Shown one piece after another: positions 26,545 to 33,619 of a stretch of DNA of 44,971 nucleotides. Under the pieces are notes generated by a model. It was given only the letters and a program-made list of their open reading frames with translations. It ran no database searches and was not told where the DNA came from. The stretch is taken from IMG/VR virus record IMGVR_UViG_3300026487_000006. One strand, 5' to 3'. Position numbers and translations under genes: made by a program. Origin of the DNA: a virus. Position 1 is the first letter of the stretch. Each line of letters opens with the position of its first letter.

Positions 26545-26928
26545 ATGGGTGCTACGCGTTTTGATATAACCACGACCGGAGATAGCGCAGGCTCTAAGCT
26601 GCTGCCGGTGAATGGTGCCGATGTGACGTATTTAAGTCCGGCCCTGAGCATCGTCTCGCGTCGGGTGAGTGTTTACGTTGAGTTTTACAATGCCTCCGGA
26701 CAGCCGGTTAACCCCACAGCCGGCAGCGTCCAGATTCTGGGTCGGCCTATGGGCAACGTCTGGCTCGAGGCGGTTAACTCACCCCTTAAAGCGGTCGATG
26801 TTAACCACCCTATGGCGACCTACACGGTGCCGTATATGGATGGCTTGGTGTCACGCGTCTCTATCCGCTTTATCGGCGTCACAGGCGCGGCTATGGCCTC
26901 AGTTGCTATTTACAGGGAGGACGCATAA
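26545..26928 (+). CDS. Hypothetical beta-rich protein coupled to the collagen-like gene
   Basis: 127 aa. RBS GGAGG. TAATG overlap with the next gene. Confidence 0.65.
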   Translation: MGATRFDITTTGDSAGSKLLPVNGADVTYLSPALSIVSRRVSVYVEFYNASGQPVNPTAGSVQILGRPMGNVWLEAVNSPLKAVDVNHPMATYTVPYMDGLVSRVSIRFIGVTGAAMASVAIYREDA

Positions 26929-27839
26929 TGCCTTATCCATCAGCAGGAATGAACGGCAGCGGTAGTCCGGGGCCTGTTGGTCCTAAAGGTGATACTGGAC
27001 CCGCTGGCCCGGCCGGGAAAGACGGGGTTAATGGTAAGGACGGATTACCCGGTGCACCAGGAGCTACAGGGCCAACGGGACCAAAAGGCGATACAGGTAG
27101 TCAGGGTTCGACAGGACCACAAGGACCTTCTGGTGATACAGGGCCACAGGGCATACCCGGAAAAGACGGCGCAATCGGGCCTCAGGGGTTGAAGGGGGAT
27201 ATCGGGGCTACCGGTCCTCAAGGAGCACCTGGTAAAGATGGTGCCGCGGGGGCCGCAGGGACACAAGGGGTGAAGGGTGACACAGGAGCAACTGGCGCTA
27301 AGGGAGATATCGGTCTGACAGGACCGCAAGGGCCTAAAGGCGATACTGGTGCCCCAGGTCCGGCCGGAGCTCAGGGTTTAACAGGGCCTAAAGGTGATAT
27401 AGGCGCTATCGGCTCGCAAGGTCCGGCAGGCACAGTCGGGGCAAATGGCGTCAGCTACAACCCTCAAGCGCCCACCCAACGAGCCAATACGGCAGTCGGA
27501 ACAGCATACCAGCACAGTGACGTAACCAAGCCGTACAAGGTGATTGTTAACGCCCGGGCTACGTCTAACGTAACCTTGCTGGCTCTGGGGCAGACTGACA
27601 GGGTAGAACTGAAGATAGGCCCTACGGCAGCCTCTGTCGCGTTAGGTGCTGCCGGTGGTGTGATTATGGGTGTGTGGGAGACGGGGATTACTGGTATCTC
27701 TGTGACGGTCGGTACGTCGCTGCAGGATGGCGGTCAGCTTAGCGCCGACGTACCTGCGGGGTGGTACTTCTCGGTGAATCGCCAGGCGGGCACATCCGCG
27801 ACGATTGTTAACTGCGTTACTCAGTCGATGACCGCATAA
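26928..27839 (+). CDS. Collagen-like triple-helix repeat protein with a C-terminal globular domain (fibre-like)
   Basis: 303 aa. 54 uninterrupted G-X-Y triplets (residues 12-173, nt 26961..27449). Confidence 0.9.
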   Translation: MPYPSAGMNGSGSPGPVGPKGDTGPAGPAGKDGVNGKDGLPGAPGATGPTGPKGDTGSQGSTGPQGPSGDTGPQGIPGKDGAIGPQGLKGDIGATGPQGAPGKDGAAGAAGTQGVKGDTGATGAKGDIGLTGPQGPKGDTGAPGPAGAQGLTGPKGDIGAIGSQGPAGTVGANGVSYNPQAPTQRANTAVGTAYQHSDVTKPYKVIVNARATSNVTLLALGQTDRVELKIGPTAASVALGAAGGVIMGVWETGITGISVTVGTSLQDGGQLSADVPAGWYFSVNRQAGTSATIVNCVTQSMTA

Positions 27840-27845
27840 AACTAA

Positions 27846-27863
27846 GCCCGCACGGAGGCGGGC
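27846..27863. terminator. Bidirectional terminator
   Basis: GCCCGC-acggag-GCGGGC flanked by T-rich and A-rich runs. Lies between convergent genes. Confidence 0.7.
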
Positions 27864-27868
27864 ATTTA

Positions 27869-28111
27869 TCAGTACGCATAAAAGATATTATCGAAGTCTT
27901 GTGCCTTGATACAGGGTGACAGACAATCTGCGAAGACCAGTTCACCGGTCTCCAGAACTACGAACCTCCATCCACGGAATATATCTTCAGAGATACCATC
28001 GGCAACTTCTCTCACCATTTCCGGCATACACTCCGGGAACCGGTCGAAGTTATTAGCCAGAAACTCCATCGCGTCACACCTGTTAAGGTGGTAATTATCA
28101 TAAGCTACCAT
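27869..28111 (-). CDS. Hypothetical early protein
   Basis: 80-aa ORF, the last gene of the small-gene operon. Confidence 0.6.
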   Translation of the reverse strand: MVAYDNYHLNRCDAMEFLANNFDRFPECMPEMVREVADGISEDIFRGWRFVVLETGELVFADCLSPCIKAQDFDNIFYAY

Positions 28112-28112
28112 G

Positions 28113-28211
28113 TCAGCACCACCGTCTTGTCTTTACTCGCCTGCCATCGCCGCCGTAGTGGTCATTGGCTACCGGGTATTCCCAGGAGTTGAAGAACATG
28201 TAGAGTTTCAT
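28113..28211 (-). CDS. Micro-ORF (32 aa)
   Basis: MKLYMFFNSWEYPVANDHYGGDGRRVKTRRWC. ATGA overlap upstream. Its stop is 1 nt from the next ATG, and it exactly fills the gap between the neighbouring genes. Confidence 0.45.
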   Translation of the reverse strand: MKLYMFFNSWEYPVANDHYGGDGRRVKTRRWC

Positions 28212-28423
28212 TCTTGGTTCTCCAATTTCTTTCTGAAGTATTCTGCGATGTCCATATGGCAGTCTCGCTCATGCTCCGCCACTTCAATGGCCCGCTGCGC
28301 AGATACTAAAGCTTTACAGACCACCAGATACTTCTCTTCCTTCAGCGACAGATGATGCTGAGATTCCAGGGCAGCAATCATAGAGGCCAGTTCGTCTTTA
28401 GTAATCATTTGGCGACTCCGCAC
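28208..28423 (-). CDS. Hypothetical early protein
   Basis: 71-aa helical ORF. Confidence 0.6.
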   Translation of the reverse strand: MRSRQMITKDELASMIAALESQHHLSLKEEKYLVVCKALVSAQRAIEVAEHERDCHMDIAEYFRKKLENQE

Positions 28424-28644
28424 TTACGGCATAGGCCGGTAACAAAACCCAGGCCTGCAATAGCGACAGACTCGAAGTCGTGATGGCACTTATTCAAATC
28501 GTACTGATTCACAATCTCGCGCCGGCTGTGCAGCAGAAACACCAGCGTGCTCTCGACCTGTTCAATCTGTTTATCTACGGCAGCCAGTTTACGGTGGCCC
28601 ATTGCGGCCTGAACAGATGCGGTTTCGTATTCGGTATTTGTCAT
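28405..28644 (-). CDS. Hypothetical early protein with a Cys/His cluster
   Basis: 79 aa from MTNTEYE. Contains ..CHHD.. and a C-terminal CRKC motif. Confidence 0.55.
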   Translation of the reverse strand: MTNTEYETASVQAAMGHRKLAAVDKQIEQVESTLVFLLHSRREIVNQYDLNKCHHDFESVAIAGLGFVTGLCRKCGVAK

Positions 28645-28649
28645 GATAA

Positions 28650-28736
28650 TTACCCCAGGAGATAAATTGATGCTGTACACCAGATAGCGGCGGACAGGAC
28701 TAACATCAGGAGCCAGGTCGTACCACGGTCACTCAT
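28650..28736 (-). CDS. Micro-ORF: 28-aa single-TM peptide
   Basis: MSDRGTTWLLMLVLSAAIWCTASIYLLG. ATGA overlap with the upstream stop. Confidence 0.45.
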   Translation of the reverse strand: MSDRGTTWLLMLVLSAAIWCTASIYLLG

Positions 28737-28924
28737 AGAATAGCCTCGTAGCATGAAACCTCTACACCATCGCCAGCAAACTCATGATTTGCGTCAGCAA
28801 AGGGTAGTCGGCTATTATTGCGTAACTGCTCCGCCCTTTCTTCAGCGTCAGACTCGCTGCAATATACGCTGTCAATACGGAAGCCTTCATAATTATAATT
28901 TATCTGAACAATATAAATATTCAT
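28733..28924 (-). CDS. Hypothetical early protein
   Basis: 63 aa from MNIYIVQ. ATGA overlap. Confidence 0.55.
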   Translation of the reverse strand: MNIYIVQINYNYEGFRIDSVYCSESDAEERAEQLRNNSRLPFADANHEFAGDGVEVSCYEAIL

Positions 28925-29154
28925 TCCACACCCCACTTCTTCTGAATCTTCTTAGCGATAGCTTCTTCGCGTTTACGTTTAGCCGCCATCTTTGAGCGAT
29001 GTGCTGCCGTGGTGATGTACTTATTCTGGTCCGGACCGACGAAGCTGTTACGCGCCAGTAACTCATCGCGCGATGGCATAGCCTCTTTGGTGCGGTCGTA
29101 TTTCGGCGCGGATAAAGACACGCCGTAATTCTCATAGCCGTAGTCACGCATCAT
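28921..29154 (-). CDS. Hypothetical early protein (basic C-terminus)
   Basis: 77-aa ORF with an ATGA overlap. Confidence 0.6.
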   Translation of the reverse strand: MMRDYGYENYGVSLSAPKYDRTKEAMPSRDELLARNSFVGPDQNKYITTAAHRSKMAAKRKREEAIAKKIQKKWGVE

Positions 29155-29288
29155 TTCACCCCATACGCTTCTTTCAGTGACTTCATAGCAGCAGCCCAGA
29201 ATGATTCAGCTTGCACCTTATCGGCGGAGAAGAATGCGATGCGGGCCATAGATTGTGCGTCTTCGAACGCGCTCTGGTTGATGCTCAT
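29151..29288 (-). CDS. Small hypothetical protein (45 aa)
   Basis: MSINQSAFEDAQS... ATGA overlaps at both ends. Confidence 0.45.
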   Translation of the reverse strand: MSINQSAFEDAQSMARIAFFSADKVQAESFWAAAMKSLKEAYGVK

Positions 29289-29413
29289 TTCTTAAACCAT
29301 TCGCTAGTAATTTTAACCTCGAGATTATCACCGTTGCAGATAATGCATGTGTCGTAAACTACATAAAAAGTTATGGCTTCTGCCAACGTCATAGTTTCAT
29401 ATGATTCTTTCAT
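29285..29413 (-). CDS. Small hypothetical protein (42 aa, CxxC)
   Basis: MKESYETMTLAEA..CIIC.. RBS GAGGTAGTGAGAG. First gene after the promoter. Confidence 0.45.
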   Translation of the reverse strand: MKESYETMTLAEAITFYVVYDTCIICNGDNLEVKITSEWFKK

Positions 29414-29448
29414 CTCTCACTACCTCTGTTGTTTGCTGGTGTGAATAG

Positions 29449-29477
29449 ATAATAGAACTGTATTATCGCGATTGCAA
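29449..29477 (-). promoter_or_regulatory. Sigma70-like early promoter
   Basis: Minus strand reads TTGCAA-17nt-TATTAT, with AATAC-agtt-CTATT in the spacer. Confidence 0.6.
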
Positions 29478-29488
29478 TAGGTATAGAT

Positions 29489-29520
29489 AAAAAAAAGCCC
29501 CGAGCTATTAACTCAGGGCT
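29489..29520 (-). terminator. Strong rho-independent terminator
   Basis: Minus strand: 9-bp stem AGCCCTGAG/CTCGGGGCT with a 7-nt loop, followed by T8. Confidence 0.9.
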
Positions 29521-29830
29521 TTCGGTCTGCTAACCACACGCAGCGGGAGATAGGGACCACCTCCTCTGAACTCATTGTCGTGTTGGTTGTGGCTGCCGGT
29601 CTTGCACCGGCATTCGAAGGCTAACCATCTGCATTACTTTTATGCTAAACCACAACGGAAAGAACATTGCGCACATTGCCTGGGGTCTATGCTGCTGCGT
29701 GGATTGGCTTATGAAGCCGTCACGCCAATGTTCTTTCCGTTGTGCCCTGTTTCGTAGGGCCTACGGCTCGGCGAGGTTTTCGACAGCGTCTGCGCAGCAG
29801 TTCTATCTAATAATCTGTCCTTACGACCTA
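29521..29830 (-). ncRNA. Candidate structured non-coding RNA or structured 3' UTR of the lysis transcript
   Basis: About 310 nt with no credible ORF. Contains a 19-bp perfect inverted repeat (29651..29669 / 29726..29744), several further hairpins, a promoter-like element upstream and a terminator downstream. Confidence 0.4.
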
Positions 29831-29844
29831 ACTATACAACACTA
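29831..29844 (-). promoter_or_regulatory. Conserved motif AAATAGTGTTGTATAGT (-10-like TATAGT) overlapping the endolysin stop codon
   Basis: One copy of the 11-mer TAGTGTTGTAT. The -35 is weak (TTGGAC at 19 nt). Confidence 0.35.
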
Positions 29845-30327
29845 TTTAACGTCGCGTCCAACCTTTTCTGCCTGCTGCCACAGCATCCCGTCGAACAGTG
29901 CCAGGCGACCGGCAGTGCGGCGGCGCAGGCCGAGGAGTGGCTTGCCATTCTGGTTGATGAACAGCGCAATCTTGGCGCGCAGTGCGGCAACGTCACCACG
30001 ACGCAGCGCCTGGCCCGTACCGGTAGAGGCCGCGATTACCCCCGCGCCTGCGTTGTACACCAGGTCGCATACAGCGTCGAACTGCGGTTGTGTCAGAGAG
30101 GCGGCAGCGGCTGCGTCAACGGCCTGTACTGCTTTAGCCATATCGTTCGCCAGGAGTCGCAGGGCTTGCTCCTCGCTCATGACCTGGTCGGCCGATACGT
30201 CAGCACCGTAATGGCCGTATCCGATAGTCCAGTACTTCTCTGCTGCCGTTGCTTTATACGCTTTGGCCCGGAACTGTTCCCAGGCGGCTGTGAAATGTAA
30301 GCCATTCTCACTGATATTACGTGGCAT
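29842..30327 (-). CDS. Endolysin, lysozyme-like (GH24-type)
   Basis: 161 aa. ..WEQFRAKAYKATAAEKYWTIGYGH.. resembles the T4/P22 lysozyme catalytic region. Follows two membrane-protein genes. Confidence 0.8.
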   Translation of the reverse strand: MPRNISENGLHFTAAWEQFRAKAYKATAAEKYWTIGYGHYGADVSADQVMSEEQALRLLANDMAKAVQAVDAAAAASLTQPQFDAVCDLVYNAGAGVIAASTGTGQALRRGDVAALRAKIALFINQNGKPLLGLRRRTAGRLALFDGMLWQQAEKVGRDVK

Positions 30328-30329
30328 AT

Positions 30330-30659
30330 CTATTTACTCCGATTGTGTGCTTTGGCCTGTTTAACCTGAAGGGTATACCAGCTACGGAATCTTTGCCAGG
30401 CTCCAGACCCGAGCACCATACGGCGAACCATAGTGACGCCTATAAACACCAGCAGCGTGTTTACTGTGCGTGGTGGGTGGACGCCTTGCACCATGTGGAT
30501 TATCGCAGCGATGCAGCAGGTAGAGATACCCAAGTAGAGCACCCGGCCCAATAAGCCGTCGTCAATCCGGGTATCAAACACCTGCACCAGGCAATAGAAC
30601 AGGATAAGAAGGCTGCCGGTTAGGCCGAGGGTGTTATAGAATATTGTGAGGTGAATCAT
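30330..30659 (-). CDS. Three-TM membrane protein (holin or antiholin-like)
   Basis: 109 aa. Three hydrophobic helices and a basic C-terminus. Confidence 0.6.
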   Translation of the reverse strand: MIHLTIFYNTLGLTGSLLILFYCLVQVFDTRIDDGLLGRVLYLGISTCCIAAIIHMVQGVHPPRTVNTLLVFIGVTMVRRMVLGSGAWQRFRSWYTLQVKQAKAHNRSK

Positions 30660-30661
30660 CG

Positions 30662-30988
30662 TTACTGTCCCTTACCAATGTTGAAACGGGCCTTGATGAT
30701 TTCCACAATGTCGGCGGCATCGATTCCGCGTTTAACAGCCTGCAGTACGGCAGCACCGAATATGCCAATTGCAAAGCCGAAAAAGGTACGCGCTCCGTCG
30801 CCAGTGATGTGGAAGTAGTCGGCGAGATAGGGCGCGCCGTAGAAACTGGATAAGCCACCACATAAGGTGAAGTAGAGCTTCTGCTTGGCTGTCTTAATCT
30901 CGGTATACATAAACAACCCAACGAAAGCACCAGCCACCCCAGCCAGCAGCAAATCCAGTCCGGCCTCTAGCTTTTCAAGCAGCCACAT
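30662..30988 (-). CDS. Holin (class I-like, 3 TM)
   Basis: 108 aa. Three hydrophobic segments and a charged C-terminus. First gene of the lysis cassette. Confidence 0.65.
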   Translation of the reverse strand: MWLLEKLEAGLDLLLAGVAGAFVGLFMYTEIKTAKQKLYFTLCGGLSSFYGAPYLADYFHITGDGARTFFGFAIGIFGAAVLQAVKRGIDAADIVEIIKARFNIGKGQ

Positions 30989-31100
30989 AATAAATCCCCC
31001 GTGGCCTTATCTCGCCGTTAGTCTGGTTCATTCAATAGCCCCGTGCTGTTTTAGTAAATAGGAATGTTCTGAACGAATAATAACCGCTAATGTTACAAAT

Positions 31101-31124
31101 AAAAAGCCCGCCGTAGTGGCGGGC
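31101..31124 (-). terminator. Rho-independent terminator
   Basis: Minus strand reads GCCCGCC-actac-GGCGGGC followed by TTTTT. Confidence 0.8.
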
Positions 31125-31140
31125 CTTAAAGGGTGTGTTT

Positions 31141-31365
31141 TCAGAAGAGTTGTATTTTAACTTCGCCCTTCAACGTTTCAACAATCAGTTCACCGTCGAT
31201 GTGCTCCGGGTACCCGCGCTCGTCGATTTTAACCCTGACGATTTCGCCGAGGATGTCGTCGGCATATATAACATGCCACTGTTTAACACCATCCAGCCAG
31301 ACATAAGCGCGCTCGCATGGTGCGATAAGTTCCCCGTGAATATCTTCGTCTACTGTAATTCTCAT
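31141..31365 (-). CDS. Hypothetical early protein
   Basis: 74 aa from MRITVDED. ATGA overlap with the upstream stop. Confidence 0.55.
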   Translation of the reverse strand: MRITVDEDIHGELIAPCERAYVWLDGVKQWHVIYADDILGEIVRVKIDERGYPEHIDGELIVETLKGEVKIQLF

Positions 31366-31589
31366 ATCGCATCTCTCGTTCGTGGTTGCCGTGGGATAGT
31401 ATCCGGATGATGGCCCTTCACGACCCAATGACAGAAGAGCCTGTACGCCAGTGACGCACGCTCTGCAGTGTCGAACGTACCCAGCGAGATTACATCAGCC
31501 AGGTGATTAGCCTGACTGCGGAACCGGCCATTAGGCGCTTTGGTAGTGCCCTTGATTCCGGGCTGCCGGCGGTAGCGGTGTTTGCCCAT
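31362..31589 (-). CDS. AP2-like DNA-binding domain protein
   Basis: 75 aa. ..NGRFRSQANHLADVISLGTFDTAERASLAYRLF.. fits the AP2/ERF-type beta-sheet-plus-helix pattern seen in phage HNH-AP2 proteins. RBS GGAG. Confidence 0.45.
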   Translation of the reverse strand: MGKHRYRRQPGIKGTTKAPNGRFRSQANHLADVISLGTFDTAERASLAYRLFCHWVVKGHHPDTIPRQPRTRDAI

Positions 31590-31590
31590 A

Positions 31591-31683
31591 TCACTGCTCC
31601 TTCTTCAGTTTGTAATAGGCGCGCTCGAAGCCCATCCACCCACGCCAGTAACGGAACCTCTGCCATTTAGTGTGGAGAAGCAT
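31591..31683 (-). CDS. Micro-ORF (30 aa, Trp/Arg-rich)
   Basis: MLLHTKWQRFRYWRGWMGFERAYYKLKKEQ. TGATG overlap upstream, and it fills the gap exactly. Confidence 0.4.
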   Translation of the reverse strand: MLLHTKWQRFRYWRGWMGFERAYYKLKKEQ

Positions 31684-31979
31684 CACTTCACCTCACTCGA
31701 TTCAATCGCCTTACAGCTCTTCCATCCGAAGTCACCCACTATCCGGAACGCCAGGCGGCCTTTAGGTGTCTCGCGCGTCAGCATACTGCGGTCTTTGTTC
31801 TGGTATGTGTTAATCAGGTTCATGTTCTTGTCCAGGGTGCTGTGACTGTACTGTGTGAGCTCTCCGTCAGCCTTCAGGAAGCGCAGAGGCTCTACGTTAA
31901 CCTCGTACAGGCCGCAGGCATAGGTCGCTGCCAGAGACGGCAGAGGCAACAGGAACAGGGTTAGGAGGATTGGTTTCAT
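31683..31979 (-). CDS. Small secreted protein
   Basis: 98 aa with signal peptide MKPILLTLFLLPLPSLAATYA. Confidence 0.65.
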   Translation of the reverse strand: MKPILLTLFLLPLPSLAATYACGLYEVNVEPLRFLKADGELTQYSHSTLDKNMNLINTYQNKDRSMLTRETPKGRLAFRIVGDFGWKSCKAIESSEVK

Positions 31980-32155
31980 ATCTTACCCACCGTCCGTTCG
32001 GCCCACGCCACAAAACGTTTACGTGTCGTCGTCGCATTAACTGACCAGCGAAAGGCCCGCTTATCGAGCCAGGCCGTGATGTATTCTACGAACAGCAGCA
32101 CCAGATAGACCGGGGTCAACAGGATGCTGCCGATTAACCATTTGGCGTGTTTCAT
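31976..32155 (-). CDS. Small membrane protein (59 aa, one TM)
   Basis: MKHAKWLIGSILLTPVYLVLLFVEYI... ATGA overlaps at both ends. Below the ORF track threshold. Confidence 0.5.
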   Translation of the reverse strand: MKHAKWLIGSILLTPVYLVLLFVEYITAWLDKRAFRWSVNATTTRKRFVAWAERTVGKI

Positions 32156-32739
32156 GATTTTACCACCCGGTAGGCGATGATGTCGCCCGGGCTCCCGTTA
32201 TGGGACCAGTCATACACCTGAGCGCAGAACCCTGAAGATACGTAACCATCGCGGCGTTTGACATCAACACAGGTTTCACCGTCCCGGGTAGGCCACCCGT
32301 CAGCATCACCACACCACTCAATCCAGCCATCGTCCGCCGCCTCAGTATCTTCTTTTCTGCAGCCCGCCTGCTCCGTCTCTCTGAAGTATGCAGGGTCTGC
32401 GCCCAACATATCTTTCAGCGCGTCCCGCTCTTTAACCAAATTGGCAACACGGCCCTTAAGCTGCCGTATGGTGTTGTCGCGCTGCTTCAGCAGAGACTCA
32501 AGCGACTGCTGCTTCGGTTTAACTGCGGCAATGTCCTGCGCCAGCATCGCATCGTTGAGACCTGGCGTTGTAGCATCGATTCTGCGCTCTGTATGGGCCA
32601 CAGGAGCGACGTTGGTGTTATTCAGGTGCGCCAGTACGTCATGTAGCGCATGAGCCAGCCTGATGGCGCTGGTGGGGATTGCCGTGCCGCTCGCAAGCAT
32701 CGACACCATAGTGTCCTGGTGGTCTTTCAGTGTTTTCAT
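32152..32739 (-). CDS. Hypothetical protein with the C-terminal DGWIEW...AYRVV domain
   Basis: 195 aa with a central coiled-coil. The C-terminal domain is shared with the 33139 ORF. Confidence 0.65.
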   Translation of the reverse strand: MKTLKDHQDTMVSMLASGTAIPTSAIRLAHALHDVLAHLNNTNVAPVAHTERRIDATTPGLNDAMLAQDIAAVKPKQQSLESLLKQRDNTIRQLKGRVANLVKERDALKDMLGADPAYFRETEQAGCRKEDTEAADDGWIEWCGDADGWPTRDGETCVDVKRRDGYVSSGFCAQVYDWSHNGSPGDIIAYRVVKS

Positions 32740-32858
32740 TTTACGTTCTCCATAGAGGGTTCAACTGCCAGCTCGTCGCCGTTGCATGGGTAGATTGCGT
32801 CAAGGAACTCAAAATCCCACAGCGCCTCGCCTAACGCGATAACCGAGTAATCAAGCAT
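32736..32858 (-). CDS. Small hypothetical protein (40 aa)
   Basis: MLDYSVIALGEALWDF... RBS AAGGAGACAGACC-ATG. The longer track ORF would need a TTG start. Confidence 0.45.
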   Translation of the reverse strand: MLDYSVIALGEALWDFEFLDAIYPCNGDELAVEPSMENVK

Positions 32859-32976
32859 GGTCTGTCTCCTTCTCAGAGATACGCGCAGACTGCCAGTCAG
32901 CGTCACAATCCAGTGGGCGGGAGGTTCTTTCGTAAAGGTCAATCGCTTGTGAAACGAGAATCAATTCGTAACTCAT
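32851..32976 (-). CDS. Small hypothetical protein (41 aa)
   Basis: MSYELILVSQAIDLYE... An identical GGAGACAGACCATG initiation region is reused at 32858. Confidence 0.4.
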   Translation of the reverse strand: MSYELILVSQAIDLYERTSRPLDCDADWQSARISEKETDHA

Positions 32977-33004
32977 GGTCTGTCTCCGTTGTGATGTTAC
33001 AGTA

Positions 33005-33033
33005 ACAATACAACACTAATATTATGGGGTCAA
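33005..33033 (-). promoter_or_regulatory. Sigma70-like early promoter
   Basis: Minus strand reads TTGACC-17nt-TATTGT. The spacer carries TAGTGTTGTAT. Confidence 0.6.
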
Positions 33034-33138
33034 GCACCAAATTGCGGCGACATGCATAGTGCGCGATTTAGTTGTGTTCGATTGAATTGACAGCTATCTA
33101 ATCGCTTCCTACCAAGTCGCGCACCATTAAGTAGCAGG

Positions 33139-33504
33139 CTAACTAACTATGCGATACGCGACGATGGTATTGTCGCCGGCGAACCACTCCCAGTTCCAAT
33201 CTTCTGGAAATGTATCTGTAGACGTTTCCCCACAGCGAAACATAACCTGTGTACGCGCACCCGCCGCTACGGGGCACACACCACCACCACGCCACTCAAT
33301 CCAGCCATCAGCATCGGCGGCCATTGGGTGTTCATCTTGTGAGGCAAGCAACCCAACAAAAGTAAACAGCTCACGGTCTGTATTAGCGAACTCATACGCG
33401 GCCTGCATCTTCTGTTCTGTTGTTGCCGTGTGCAATCTGTTCAGAGCGTCGCGGTTCTCGAGGATAAGGTCTGTCAGTTTTTGTACGTCATACTGTGAAA
33501 TCAT
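33139..33504 (-). CDS. Hypothetical protein with the C-terminal DGWIEW...AYRIV domain
   Basis: 121 aa from MISQYDV (RBS AGAGGAG). Paralogous C-terminus to the 32152 ORF. Confidence 0.65.
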   Translation of the reverse strand: MISQYDVQKLTDLILENRDALNRLHTATTEQKMQAAYEFANTDRELFTFVGLLASQDEHPMAADADGWIEWRGGGVCPVAAGARTQVMFRCGETSTDTFPEDWNWEWFAGDNTIVAYRIVS

Positions 33505-33534
33505 CTGTAATACTCCTCTGTTTAAGATACACAG

Positions 33535-33563
33535 ACAATACAACCGTATTACCCGTGTGTCAA
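33535..33563 (-). promoter_or_regulatory. Sigma70-like early promoter
   Basis: Minus strand reads TTGACA-17nt-TATTGT, with the palindrome AATAC-ggtt-GTATT. Confidence 0.7.
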
Positions 33564-33619
33564 TCGCTGTCGCTAAATTCTTTGTTGCCGTGTTGCATGC
33601 ATAACTGAATAATCATCTA

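Noticed and set aside
26977-27329. ORFs 26977..27192(+) and 27045..27329(-) within the collagen-like gene
   Set aside because: These are frame-shifted or antisense readings of the periodic GGN-NNN-NNN repeat. The in-frame G-X-Y product is unambiguous.
29575-30211. Plus-strand ORFs of 60 aa (29575..29757) and 189 aa (29642..30211)
   Set aside because: The 189-aa ORF is antisense to the endolysin gene and is Arg/Ala/Ser/Cys-rich with no RBS. The 60-aa ORF spans hairpin arms of the structured region. I also looked for a tRNA here because of a TTCGAA sequence at about 29613, but the flanks do not form a T-arm or cloverleaf.
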